The notes beneath the pieces are model-generated. The model saw only the letters and a program-made list of their open reading frames with translations, did no database searches and was not told where the DNA came from. From Paramoeba atlantica (Eukaryota; Protista; Discosea): DNA of 64,000 nt. The position numbers and the translations under genes are program-made. Location of the stretch: assembly GCA_977017575.1 (NCBI GenBank), contig CDRNVI010000178.1:124001-188000 (forward strand). The letters run 5' to 3'. Position 1 is the first letter of the stretch. Each line of letters starts with the position of its first letter. Shown piece by piece: positions 37,385 through 50,406 of this stretch.

Positions 37385-38832
37385 ATGTGGGTTTGTATGT
37401 TTTTTGGTCCAAAAGGAGCTCCAACTCATTTCCAGAAAATTATAGATCAAGTGGTTGTTGCTTTAATTGAATTTGTTCAAATGTATGTTGACAATCTTTT
37501 GATTCATTTGAAAACTTTGAGTGAATATATTGATCACTTGAAGTTGGTTATTCCTACTCTGATGAAAGCTGGCCTCTAACTCAATTTGAAGAAATGCAAG
37601 TTTGGGTACAAAAGAATCCAATTTATGGGGTTTATTATTGATGCACAGAAAAACTATCCAACATTAAAGCAAGAATTATTGGCAATCTTACTGGCTTTGA
37701 AGAGGTGGAATTATGTGTTATATGGACAAAAATTTGTTATGGAAACAGACCACCAAGCACTAACTTACTTAAACAAGAGTGAAAGTTATATGGTAAGAGA
37801 TTGACTCTACTATTTTCTTGGGTATGATTTTATGATCAAATATAAAAAGGGAATTGAACATATTCTTCCAGACATGCTTTCTTGGTTGATCACACTACCT
37901 GAAGATGGAAGTATGGTTGGAGAACTTTCAGACTTAAAGATTGATGATGCAATTCAAAAAAGTTTTTAGAATCAAGTCCAAGGGATGATTGTTGAACTAA
38001 TGGAGAAATTTGAACTTCCAAATGATCAGAAAGAAGAAGTCATCAAGAAGATCCACATAGAAAGTTATATTGGTCCAATAGGGTTATGCATTCTTACCTT
38101 TCAAAAGGGTTATTATTGGAGAGGTATGAAAAAATTGTGTGTGAAGATTGCTCAAGGTTGTCAAGAGTATCTGTTTTTTAATGTGGGAAGGAGTGGATTT
38201 CATCTAATTTCTGCAGTTCTGGCACTCTTACCTTTTAATTATATTGCTTTTGATTTTATTGGCTTATTCTCAGAAACAGCTGAAGGTTATAAGTATGTGC
38301 TGATTATTGTGGATGTAGTGACTTAATTCATCATTTTGAGATCTCTGAAGATGAAATCATCAAAAGAGGTTGTTGGGGTGAGACCTGCTTCCAACACAGA
38401 AGTTGTGCCTTTCAGTGTCTTTTCAGTTCCTTGAGCCTCCCTGAGCCTTCCCTGAGCTTCCTTGATGCCTTTTATCATGAGTTTTAGTCTTTTTGGAGAG
38501 CCCTGAGCCTCACAAACAGCCACGCGCCATTTTATCGTGATTTTAGCTAAAATCACAAGATTTTTAGCCAAATCTCTTGTTTTCTCTGTTGATCCTGCTC
38601 CCCTCCTCACAAGGTAGCTTGAGTTTTGTTGAATGTCTTTGCAAACTTTGGAGTTCTAAAGATGATCCAATATGATCAAGATTCATTTTTTATGAGCAGA
38701 TTGATTTCTGATTTTCATGAAGCTGCTGAATTTCTTCCAAAAGCAATTTTGAAGTATTCTCCTTCAAAGAATGGTATAGCTGAAAGATTTGTGGATGAGG
38801 TAAAGATAATTATGAACAAATTGGGTAAGTAG
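37385..38832 (+). pseudogene. Decayed gypsy RT/RNase H/integrase with internal deletion
   Basis: FFGPKGAPTHFQ...MYVDNLL; QELLAILL...METDHQAL; IAFDFIG...MIQYDQD...NGIAE. Confidence 0.85.
38371..38611 (+). mobile_element. Internally deleted solo LTR (241 bp) of the chromovirus family
   Basis: Both LTR ends present; 4-bp TSD AGGT; removal restores the host integrase frame SSKEVA. Confidence 0.92.
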
Positions 38833-39139
38833 CAGATGAGGGTTTCGATCCATTTTTCTTGAGAGTTTTCATTTTCACCTAGACACAAGCATTACATTTT
38901 TCGATCACCCATTCAATATCATTTAAGAAAACTTTTTGGATAGAATCACTCTCCATGGCATATATCAGTTGATGAGGGTTAGCTAAACCTAAGGAACAAT
39001 GCAGATTTATAATTGAAGAAAATCAAGAAGAGTGACATTACAGAATTTTTGTATAGTGCTAACATATCAATATTTGATTGGTTAAAAAATAAATTGAACT
39101 TTTTTTCATTTTGTTCTCTGTTTTTGATTCTGGCAATGA

Positions 39140-39900
39140 AAGGGAATGAGAAACTGCCAAAACAAACACCAAAAGAACCTCCAATCTCATTAGATGAAAT
39201 TATAGAAATTGATTTCATTACTGAGAAAATTCAACAAACAAAAAAGAGGAAACAAAAAACTGTTAAGAAGTGAAGAAAATGCCAAAAAAGAGGAGTGGAA
39301 AAAACACAGCAGCTGTTGCTGATGGAGACCATTCCTGTTGATGAAGAGAGTTTTAATTTGAATGAAACAAAGTGATGGGTGAACTCTATGATTCTTCTTG
39401 AATTTGAAAAGCAACTTGATTTTGCCTTGAAAAAACAAATTTGATTTTTTCGAATTTAGCTACCATTGCCAAAACAAATTTTCTGTAAGATTTTTTGGGA
39501 ACCATTGAAAAAATTTGAAAAAGTGAAGTTTCAAGTTGATAAATCAAGACAATGTGCTCGAATCTATTCTCAAGACAATTTAAAAAAACTGGATTCTTGC
39601 TTTTTGAACTATTTTGAATGGCAAACCAAAAAGATTTTCTTGCAAAGTTCTTGCAGCAATATTTTTTTAAATGAGGAGGTAAATATTGTTCTTTATCATT
39701 GGATTGAATTTGATGTTATTCAAACTGATAAAAATTGAATAATCAAGTGTGAATCTGAGTTGATTTTAAAATTTACAAAAAAAAAAAGTCAATTTGAATG
39801 CTGTGGAATCATTGAAGTTACAAATGCATCTGGCTTTTGTTGCACTTGAAAGAAATTATTTGTTGAATTATTTTGAAACAAAATTAAATTTATTTTACAA
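39140..39900 (+). pseudogene. Unknown decayed coding sequence
   Basis: Protein-like frames broken by stops; no motif recognised. Confidence 0.3.
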
Positions 39901-40335
39901 AAAAATCTTGAAAAAAATGAAACTATTTTTTAGATTTATTTCCATTATTAGTAAAATGTTAAAAAAAAAAGAGGAAAAAATTTAATTAGTAAATGAAAAA
40001 ATTAACTTTTTCAGTTTGTCAAGTTTTTGCTGCATTTGCCTTTGATGTAAAAGAATTTGATTCATCTGAATTTTGAAAAAAATGGATTAATAAAAAATAT
40101 TAATTGAAAAAAAGAAATATTCAAATCCAAAAAAAAAAAAATACTTGGGTTTGTGAGGATGTGTTATTACCACACATTGTTGATAGTTGGGGATTTTAAA
40201 GTGGTTGTAGGTTTGCTACTGCTGTTGATTGATATATTGGTTGTTGAGCCAATCCATAAATTTGTGAATTGCCATTTTATTGAAATTGGATTTGAGGTGA
40301 AGGATTAAAATTTTGTTGGAATTGTTGGGGTGATT

Positions 40336-40960
40336 TGTTGGGGTGAGACCTGCTTCCAACACGGAAGTTGTGCCTTTCAGTGCCTTTTCAGTTCCTTGAG
40401 CCTCCCTGAGCCTTCCCTGAGCTTCCTTGATGCCTTTTATCATGAGTTTTGGTCCTTTCGGAGAGCCCTGAGCCTCACAGACAGCCGCGCGCCATTTTAT
40501 CGTGATTTTAGCCAAAATCACGAGATTTTTAGCGCTCTTTTTATTCAGTTTTCGCGTTCGCGTTTTTGCTTCTTTTTCTTGCCGCTTTGCCGCTTTCTGC
40601 TTTCTTTCTGCTTTCTTGTCGCTCTCTCTCTCTCTCTTTGCTTTCCTTTGTGATCTTTTGGCTTGCCTTGCTTGCTTTCTGTTCTCTTCTTTTGTTGTCA
40701 TCATCTTTTGTTGTTTTCTTCCTTCTTTGGTTGCTGTGTAGACTTGGGATTCCGATTTGAGTTGAGTTTCGGTGATTCTGTGCTTTTCTCAGTTGTGATT
40801 CCTTTTGTTGTTCTTCTTCTTGCTTTTCTGTTTCTTTGTTGTTGTTTTCTTGTTCTGTTTGTGTTGGCTGGGGATCTTTCCCATAAAGGTTTTGATCCAG
40901 AGTTTCTGTTTCTCTTTCTTTTCTCTTGTTTTCTCTGTTGATCCTGCTCCCCTCCTCACA
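40336..40960 (+). repeat. 5' LTR (625 bp)
   Basis: TG...CA; differs from the 3' LTR by a 2-bp indel and three CpG transitions that I could spot. Confidence 0.97.
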
Positions 40961-40962
40961 CG

Positions 40963-40980
40963 TGGTGCTCCTGGTGACTT
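40963..40980 (+). promoter_or_regulatory. Primer-binding site (tRNA 3' end type)
   Basis: TGGTGCTCC... 2 nt after the LTR; tRNA identity not determined. Confidence 0.7.
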
Positions 40981-43900
40981 CAGTGAGACTGATTGCGCTC
41001 CGATTTATCAAGGATTGTTTTTCTTGATCCTTCTCCTTCTAAAGCAGCTGTGCGTTTTTCGGGCCTTTCTCCCCATGTTTCTTTCGCGTTTTTGGACCTG
41101 GATTTTGTGGCGAAAATCGGTTTTTCGTTTCTCTTGATCTTTCTTTTGCTTTTTCTGCTCTCTTTTCTTTCGTTTTACGATTGAATTTGGTTGTTGGTGA
41201 ATCCTGCCCATTTTCCCCGACCGATTTTGGATTATTAGCGAGAAAGTTCCAGTTTTTGTGATTTTTCCCTCCTTTTTTTTAAGGTGGTGACTTTCAAACC
41301 TCTTCTTTTGTGACTCCTTTTGTTTCATTTCATCCCTTTGTGACTCTTGAGGATATTTGAGACCCAAATAACCGGTTTGGAAACTTGTTTCTCTTTTCTT
41401 GGCTCTGTTTTGGTCAATTTTTGAGAAAAAGAACCCTGATTTGAAGCACTTGTGTTTTGGAATCGATTTTTGCACCGATTTTGCGCCCCATTCTCTTTCC
41501 TTGTTGATTCTCAAGGTTATTTAAAGCTTCAGACAAATTTTTGGAAATTTATCTTGATTTTTGACCTTGTTTTGTTGGAATTTCCGAAATTTTTCCTCTC
41601 TTTGGGCGAATTCTGTTCCAAGGCTGTTTTCTTGTTGGTTCTCCCTCTTTGTTTGTCTTTTATTGATTCTCAAGGTGATTCAAAGCTTTTGACGAATTTT
41701 TAGAATTCAATTCCCTCTTTCGACCTTGTTTCGGTGGAATCTCTGAAAAAAGAAAAATACTCTTAATTGAAACAATTGAGCTTCAAAGTTGTTTTCTTTT
41801 GATTTTGCTTTTCGACCTTGCTTTTTGACGATTACTAGAACAATTCAAAGTCCCCTGCGAATTTTCAGAATTTGATTCTCTCTCTAAACCTTGTTTTGAA
41901 TTGGATTCCCCTTTTGACCTTGTTTTTGCAGAATTTGCAAAAAGACTTATTTGAATCAATTGTGTTTCGGACATGTGTTCTCAACAGTCTTCTCTTCTAT
42001 TTTGTTGTGGGCGATTCTTGAAGTGTTTGGAAGCTTTTGGTGACCTTTCAGAAAATTTATTCCTCGTTTCGACCTTGTTCTGGCGGAATTTCTAAAAGAT
42101 TTCTCTCTTTGAGTTCTTGTGTTTTGGAAGATTTCTCTCTTTGAGCCCTTTGTGTTTTGGAATTGTTTTTGGACAGTTTCTTTTCCCTTTCTTCTTTGTT
42201 GGCGACTCTTGAGGTGTTTGGGAGTTACCAAGTGGCTTTTCAGAAGGTTATCCCCTATTCTGATCTTGTTCCGGCGAAATTTTCAAAGAACCTCTGTTTT
42301 AGACAATTTGAGACAATTATATTTGGACTTGTTTTCTCCAGTGATTTCTTTCCCTTTATTTTGTCCCCTGGCAATCTCCAAGACATTTCGAACAATCCCT
42401 GTAATTTTTGGAAATTTATCCTCCTTTCTGGGCCTGTTCTCGTGGAAATTCGAAAACTTCCCCACAGTGATTGGATCTTGTTTTGAACTGTTCTTTTGAG
42501 TGGTTTTCTCTTCCCTTCTCTTGCTTTTCGACGATTCTAGTGGCAACCTAAGACTCTTAATAATTTCTGAAGTTTTGTTCCCTTTTTGAAGTTGTTTGAG
42601 CAATATTTTGGAAACACCCCGTTTTGGCTGGTTCTGAGCGAGGTCATCCGGATCAGTTCTATTCTGTGGTTTTCTTTCCTCTTATTTTGTTCTTAGTTGA
42701 TCTTTGAAACATCTTGAACAATCCCCATAATTTTTGGAAATTTACCCACTGTTTTGTGCCCTGTTTGCGGAATTTTTGAGAACCACACATTGACTGGATC
42801 GCCCTCTGAATTGCTCCGCTTAGTAGCTTTATTGTTTTTGTTTTGTTCTTTGACGATTCTATTAGCATTAAAAGGTTTTCAACAAATTTGAGAAGTTTGT
42901 TCCCCTCTTTTGAGCCTGTTTGAGTGACACTCCAGAAATACCCTGTTTGGCCGATTTTCAAGTTAATTAAATTTGAAGTCATTTCCTTTAGTGGTCTTTC
43001 AGTTCTCTGCTTATTCCTTTGGTGATTTGCAAAACATTGTTACTCCTTTTGACAATTTCTTAAGAAATTACCCTCAATCTCAGTTCTGTTTTGGTGGTAT
43101 TTCGGAAAGTTTTGTTTGTGTGACTGTGAGGATTCCTGATTTTTCTTTCGTGACCCGCTGACTTTGAGTGTGTTCTCCCCTTCATCCTTGAGTTGAATTT
43201 GTGGACAACCTTCCTTGTAGAATTTTGTGGGACGGGAAAGACCTTTCTGAGATCATATTCTTTCTGAATCATTTTTGAGCCAATCCTTGGATTCTCAAAT
43301 ATTTCATCTGATTTCCTGAGTTTGCAATCAAACCTTGCATTGTTTGAGTCAGTATTGGCGACAAATCACTTCTAAATTTATTGAAGTTCTCTCTTGGATT
43401 GGACCTTCTTCAGAAACAATCCCTTTGTTGGTTATTCTGGACTCTCATTGTTCCGTGGGCTCCAAGTTTCGGATATTCTCTTGTATTTTCCACCAGAGTG
43501 ACTCCCTGTTTTTGCATTTGGATTACTGAGTTCTTTTGTGGCCTTGTTTGCTCCTTACCCAAGCAAGACGACAAGACACCCCTCTCTTCTGAACTCTTTC
43601 CTGTTGTTTTAGAGTGGAAGTTTTGGAATTTCTCACTGTTTTTCGGCCCCGAAACCTTACAGTTCCATCCTGCTTGGCAATTTTCGAGTTTCTGGCATCT
43701 TGTTCCCTTTTTTCTTTTGAATTGAGTGACAACATAAGACATTTTTGAATTATTGCTGTTGGATAATCATTTGTTTGCTGGGATTTTCTGGGATTATTTT
43801 TTTTCTTGATTCCTTTGATTCCTTCTGTGCTGTTTCCAGTCGCCGAACTTTCCTGTATTTCTCTGATTTGTTCATTATTGGAACTGTTTGTGACAAAGTC

Positions 43901-44117
43901 CTTTTGAACTCCTTCTGTTTTTTGGATTTTGCGGATTTTTGAGCATCCCAGAAGTCTAGTTCTCTTCAACCAGTATTCATTCCGGCGAAATCCCTTGAAT
44001 CTTTGTGGTCCAATTCCTTTGCCTGGATTGAGGAATCAAATTTTCTGGAAATCTTCCTTGAAATTACCGGCTTATTGTGTGGAGAATCCTTTGTTTCGAT
44101 TTCTTTCTTGAGTTACC

Positions 44118-47100
44118 TTGCCTGACTGGACCAACCTTGAATTATACACTGTATTTTGTGACTCTGGGACATCTTGTTTTTCGTCCAGCCTGAATTGGAT
44201 CTGTGACTTCTGTGACTTCTGTGACTTCTGTGACTTCTGTGACTTCTGTGACTTCCATGACTTCTGTGACTTCTGTGACTTCCGTGAGTTCTGTGACTTC
44301 TGTGACTTCCGTGAGTTCTGTGACTTCTGTGACTCCTGTGACTATACGCAACTATTTCGTTTGTTTGGAATCTTGGATCATATTTTTTTTTCAGGAGATT
44401 ATCATACGCCCTTATTGGTGAAAGGAAAATTGGGGAACAAAGAAGTGGTGTTTGCAATCGATTCTGGAGCGACAGTTGACTGCATTAGCGGTGATTTTTA
44501 CCAGAAACATTTTAGTCACTTAACCTTAGAAAAAGCGAGACATTCGAGTTGATTTCTCTCTGCTGGTGGTGATGCTTTACAATGTTTGGGGAGAGTAGCC
44601 TTGCCAGTTGTTTTGGGATCTGTGAAGAGGAACATTTATTTCTCTGTCTTGAACAATTTGACTTTGGATGTGATTTTGGGCCTGGGTTACCAAGTTGATG
44701 TGGGTTTGGATATTATGAACAGCCGTGGATTTGTGATTCCTCATGGTGGTATTCCTGTTCCCTTCTCTGTGAAAAAGAAAAAGGAAACTGTCATTGCAAG
44801 CGTGGTTCCCAATCCTCGACCTGTCGCTCTTCTTTACCCACAAGCTGTGAAAATCCCACCCCGTTCAAGAAGAGTTGTGAAATTGAAAGTTTCTGAAAAA
44901 ATGTCCAAAGATACAAATTACCAAGGCAAAAGTGATGGTTATGTCATGCCAGTCCATAGATATTGTCGAGATCTCGTACTCCAAGAGGGCCTAGTAAGAA
45001 TGGAGGGTGGAGAATCTTATGTTGCCATTTCGAATCCTCGCTTTCGAGAAGTCCGATTGGACAATTCCAAGCCAATTGCTCGTGTTGTTTATTGTGAGAA
45101 AAGTGATTTTGACAACATTATAATTACTGAGATCCCAGACTCCAATCTTTTCCAAGAGCACACCCCCGAGTCCATTGATGATCCCAATGAGACTAGTCCC
45201 ATTGATGATTTCAAGAATTTGAAGAGTGTACTGGTGGAAGATGATGATGATGAAATGACTTTGGAAGATACCAATATTCTGAATGCAATTCTTGTCAAAA
45301 GAGCCACTGCTGCCAGAGATAGGAGTGACAAGGGTGTCACAAAGGAAGAATTGGAAGATTTTCATGCCGATTTTCCGAAGATCCTAAATGAATTCAAACT
45401 GGAGGGTTGTGTTTTGAAGCCTGACAAGTTGAAAAAGTTGATGCAAACCTTGATGGACTATGAGGATGTTTGGACTAAACAAGAGAAACTCCAAAGAACA
45501 ACCTTAGCCGAACACCCAATCGAGGTGGAACCTGGCACCCAACCAATCAGAGAAAGAGTGAGGAAGACGACTTTCGCTCAAGACCAATTGATTCATGGCC
45601 ATATTTCGGATATGCACAAAAGAAATGTGATTGAACCCTCAAACTCTCCCTGGGCAGCCCCAATCCACTTGGTTGATAAGAAAGACGGAAAAATTCGATT
45701 TTGTATTGACTATCGATGCCTCAACAAAGTCACCAAGAAAGATGCCTATCCTTTGCCTAGTTTGAATGATATTTTGAACACCTTGGGGAATGCAAAATAT
45801 TACTCAACTGTCGATCTGAGCTCTGCTTTCTGGTCCATTCCAATCAGTAAGGAAGATAGAGAGAAAACTGCTTTCATTTCGAAATATGGTCTTTGGCAGT
45901 GGATCAGTATGCCTTTTGGTTTGACTAATGCTCCTGCAACTCAACAAAGATTTATTGAGAAAGTCTTGGATGGAATGCTTTGGGATTGTTGTATGGTTTA
46001 TGTTGATGACATTGTTATTTTCTCCTAAACGGAAGAAAAGCACATCGAAAAATCAAACAATTGCTCCAGAGATTGCGAGATGCGGGCCTTACGGTGAATA
46101 CTAAGAAATGTTCATTTGCTCAACCTGAATTCGAGATTCTCGGACACATCTGTTCTGGTGATGGTGTTTCTCCAAATCCTAAGAAGGTGTCTGCAATTCT
46201 TGATTACCCAATGCCAGAGGATCGACCTGCCTTGCACCGATTTTTGGGACTCGTTACCTGGGTTGCAAAATTTATTCAGAATACTTCATCAAAAACAATT
46301 AATCTCCAGAAGTTGTTGCATGAGAAAGAGCCTTTCAAGATGGAAGAAGATCACATTGAGGAATTTGAATCTATCAAGAAAGCTTTGGCAGAACCTCCCA
46401 TGTTGGCTTACCCTGAATTTGAGAAACCTTTCCATGTTCATGTTGATGCCAGCAAGAACGGTTTGGGCGCAATCCTTACTCAGTTGGATGAAAATGAGCG
46501 TCACAGAGTGATTGCCTTTGCAAGTGCTCTCCTCAAAGTTGCACAGAAGAAGACGACAGCTTCTGTTTTGGAATGTATTGGTGTTGTTTGGGCTGTTACT
46601 TATTTCAGACAGTATGTCCATGGGCGCTCTTTCTATGTGTATACAGACCATTTGGCTTTGGTGACAACATTTAAGACTCCTTCAACAAGTCAGACACTTG
46701 ACAAATTAGCCACTCGCCTGTTGGGTTATGATATGCACATTATGTATGCTCCTGGAAGTAAAATGACCAGTCCTGATGCATTGAGTCAAGCCAAGTATGT
46801 GAAATATGAAGGTGATCCTCCTGAATATTGTGGGAAGATTGGTGATTTGCCTCTTCAATTTCCAGACCAAGGAACTGATGTGGATGAACGAGTTGGTAAC
46901 CTCAGAGGAAAACTGAACCGTACAGTTAACTCTATTGTGGAAAATCAGCCAATAATGGGATATGATTTGGTGGTGAGAACTTCAAGTGATGGAAGTTGTA
47001 CAGAGTGGATATTTGAACCTGTCTCAGAGAAGAAAAGTGGTATGATGGTGAATGCAATTTCTGCAAAGAAACCAAGAAGAAAAAAGTCAATCCAGTCAGA

Positions 47101-49816
47101 AGAATTGAGAGATAAACCATTAGAAGAAACTCCTTGCTCTCCGGAACTTGTTGGGTCTTCTAAACCTGTTTATAGTAGCGAGAAAGATGATGTTCAAAAA
47201 CTTGGGGAAAGAAGTCTGTGCATTCAAGATTTGAGAGTAAAAGTCGGTCCTAGAGAACGCAAGATTCAGGATTTGTGTGTCCAGAGGCCAACAACAAACC
47301 AAGAGTCCTCAGGTCAATCATACTCTGAACTCCAGATAATTGAGGATTCAAGTTCAACTGAATTGGGGATTATGAATGGCTCTTTGACTGGAGACCCTTT
47401 ATTTGATCTAATGAAGGAGAATGAGATGAATCAAGGGTCTGATGGGAATCCTGCTTTGGGTGATGGAGACTGTATTTCAGTCAATCCAGTTTCTGTTCTC
47501 CAAGCACATAAGGAATCCAATGTTGATGAGGACTCAAGGGAAGTTGAAATGGATGCTCAAGTCGATTGGAAACGTTCTGGGAAACGATATGAGATAGACG
47601 GAAGAGAATTTGTGTTTGGCACAGCCCCTCTTCCAGGTTTGAGAGTGGAAGACAAAGTCCTGGGACCGGCAGTTCAAGAATCATTGTGTGATTTGAAAAA
47701 GAAAACCCATGTTGATGGTATGAAATGGTGTCCATCCGGTGGAGATGGATGTAGAAGCCTACCCGACGATGGTAGCCGTTCTGTTGAGACAAGCGATAAG
47801 CCTGAGAGTGTCAATATTCATGATGTACAAACCCTTGCTGGTTTCAATTCTGAAAATTGTTCTTCTCAGTTGGTTAGTGGAGATCCTGATACTCAAAATC
47901 TTTATGAGAATCCTGATACTCACAAATTGCGCTGTGAACATACGAATGTGTTGTCTGAGCCATGCCAGCCTGTCCAGGAATCTTCCGAAACCGTGACTCA
48001 CAGATTGAGAACTAGAAAACAGAAGGAGAGAGTGGAAAGTAAAGGAATGGAGATAAGTGAAGAAGAACAAGATTCAGAATCAGGAAAAGGAAAAGATTCA
48101 GAAGAGGAAAGTGAAACTAACAAACCATTAACAGATTACAAGAGCAAACACCCATCAGAATTCTTAATAGATGATAGGAAACTAATCAAAGAACAGGATA
48201 AGGATAACTGGATCAAATCAATTAAGAGAAGATTGGAAACAGGAAAATGGCCAAAAGATAAGAATGAGAAGAACAGATTGCAGAGAAAGGAAGGAGATTT
48301 TTACCTTGCAGATGGGATTCTTAGAAAAGTAGACCCAAGTGTCCTCCCAAATGCACTTCCACCAGCAGTACTTCCCGACCATTTAATAGGTGCAGCACTT
48401 CTCCAATTTCATGTTGACCCAATTGCCGGACATCTTGGAGGTTTATTAACTTACTTAAAAATCAAATCCAGATTCTATTTCCTAAAGATGTACACTGTGG
48501 TGCGACAATTTTGCAGAACTTGCCTAACTTGCCAACTCAACAAAACTGGAAGAGTGGACCAACCTCCAGCTGGAGAAGAAATAGAACCAGAGGGATTTCC
48601 AGGAATCATTTTGCATGTTGATAACACCCGAGTCAGCAGGACAGCCTGAGGCAACAACCACATTCTAAATATTTCAGACAGGTTCACAAAATTTCACAGA
48701 TTCTATGCAACAAAAGGAGTTTCGGCCATTCTTACTGCAAACAAACTGCTGGATTATGTCTGTACTTTCGGCTGCCCAGTGAAGATTATTTCAGATCAGG
48801 GATGTGAATTTGATGCAAAACTGACCACTGAGTTTGGAAAGATGATGGGAGTGAACCTGAAATGCACAACTAGTTTCAACCCAAGAGCAAATGGAGCGGT
48901 CGAGAGACCCTGGAGAACACTCAAGGACATGTTCAAAGCTTATGTTAACACAAGACAGGATAATTGGGACACATTCTTACCGCTTTTGCAGCTTGCATTC
49001 AACACCGCCCAGAGTTCAACAACAAATTTCACTCCTTATTTTCTAATGTTTGCAAGACAGGCCATATTACCCTTGGAAGTTCATTGGGACATTGCATCCA
49101 GACCCACAATGACAAGAAGCAAGTATATTAAATCTTTACAACAGGAATTGCCTGCGATTTTCGAATTAGTTAGGGAACATGTTAGTTCTTCAAGGAAGAA
49201 ATCACAGTTGGATCAGGAGAAAAGAAACCCTGTGAGAGAAACTTTGCTGGTCGGAGATTTAGTTTTGTGTGAGAGGAAACTCAAGAAGAAAGGCCTCAAC
49301 CCGAAATTATTACCAAGATATGGGAATGTAATTTACCAGGTGGTAGAAAAGCCCAATAATCATGCTGTTGCCCTCAGAAACATCCATTCTCAAGAAATGC
49401 TGCCGCACCTCATGAATGTCAGAAGAGTTAAGAAATGTAGAGTCACAACTTTGTGAGATGTACCAGGAGTTGAGATAACAAAAATACTTGCTGAAAGAGG
49501 TAATGAGAAAAAAGAATATTTAGTTGAATGGTTAGGTTACAGCCAAAAGAAGAATTCATGGGTTGGAGCAGCTTCATTGAAAGGAAATCACCTTCTTTTC
49601 CAGTTTAGGAGAACAAATGCAATCACTTCAGCAGTAGGTAGAGAAGAAGAATCAAGTTCTGATATTGAGTTGGAAGAGGAAGATTCAAGATTTGAGGGAG
49701 AATTAAGTGAAAGAAAAGAAAGTCCAGATTCAGAAATGGAGACAAGTGAAAAGGAAAGTTTTGAGTCGAACGGGCTGGTATTGGACAAGGACTCGGATTC
49801 AGACTTTCTGGGATGA
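44118..49816 (+). pseudogene. pol: pol: protease, RT, RNase H, ~460-aa insert, integrase, chromodomain, acidic tail
   Basis: DSGAT; YVDD; VDAS...TDH...DALS; HVDPIAGH...CRTC; SDQG...NGAVE; KEYLVEWLGY...NSWV. Stops at 44550, 46026, 48647, 49454 and one frameshift near 46050. Confidence 0.95.
44202..44345 (+). repeat. 9-bp minisatellite (TGTGACTTC)x16, in frame with the protease (CDF repeats)
   Basis: Directly visible; variants HDF, REF, CDS, CDY. Confidence 0.97.
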
Positions 49817-50395
49817 GAAACTAACTTTCGTGGTTGGATAACCCCTATTGCTTCTCTTTATTGAGTTGTTTCCTTTCTTTTGTTGTTTGAGATTTGGTTG
49901 TCTTTGCTATTAATCAATTTCGAAGATTGTTTTGACTATGTGACTGGTTCGGGATATTGGTTTCAAGAATTGCAATCCTGTTATGCTTCCTTCTGCCCTG
50001 GGAGACTGTAAATATTGTGAATGCTGTAAATATGATGAAGATTTGGGTTTACTGGTTTCCCTGGACAGAGGTCCTAAATATATCAAAACATTTTTTTTCA
50101 AGTAAGTCCCCAGCCATTGTGTTTTGTGTTTGTTCTCTTTTCTGTGTTTTGTTTTGTGTTTTGTTTGTTTTATTCTCCTGTCATCCCCCTTGGTGAGCTG
50201 CATTTTACGATTTGTTGACACCCCGAATTGATTCCTTGGGTCTTCTGCTGCTGATTCCCTTCTTTTGATTGCTTGGTCGGAGAATTGATTCTGATTTTGT
50301 GGATTCCCATGGATTTCTTTCATCTTTTTGGACCCTGTTGAGTTTCTGGCCTCTTTTCTCTTGGTGCCTGCAACCCCACACTCTTGTTTTGTTTC

Positions 50396-50406
50396 AAAGG
50401 GGGAGG
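50396..50406 (+). promoter_or_regulatory. Polypurine tract
   Basis: AAAGGGGGAGG immediately before the 3' LTR. Confidence 0.9.

Noticed and set aside
41008-43970. Many 60-170-aa Phe/Leu-rich (plus) or Lys-rich (minus) ORFs as membrane or env proteins
   Set aside because: Expected from the extreme T/A strand skew; frames overlap and do not join.
44202-44345. CRISPR-like array (also considered for the 199-bp repeats)
   Set aside because: Contiguous tandem units with no unique spacers; no cas genes; eukaryotic context.
46790-48170. Intein in the pol linker
   Set aside because: No N-terminal C/S block, no HN-[CST] C-terminal junction and no LAGLIDADG motif visible.
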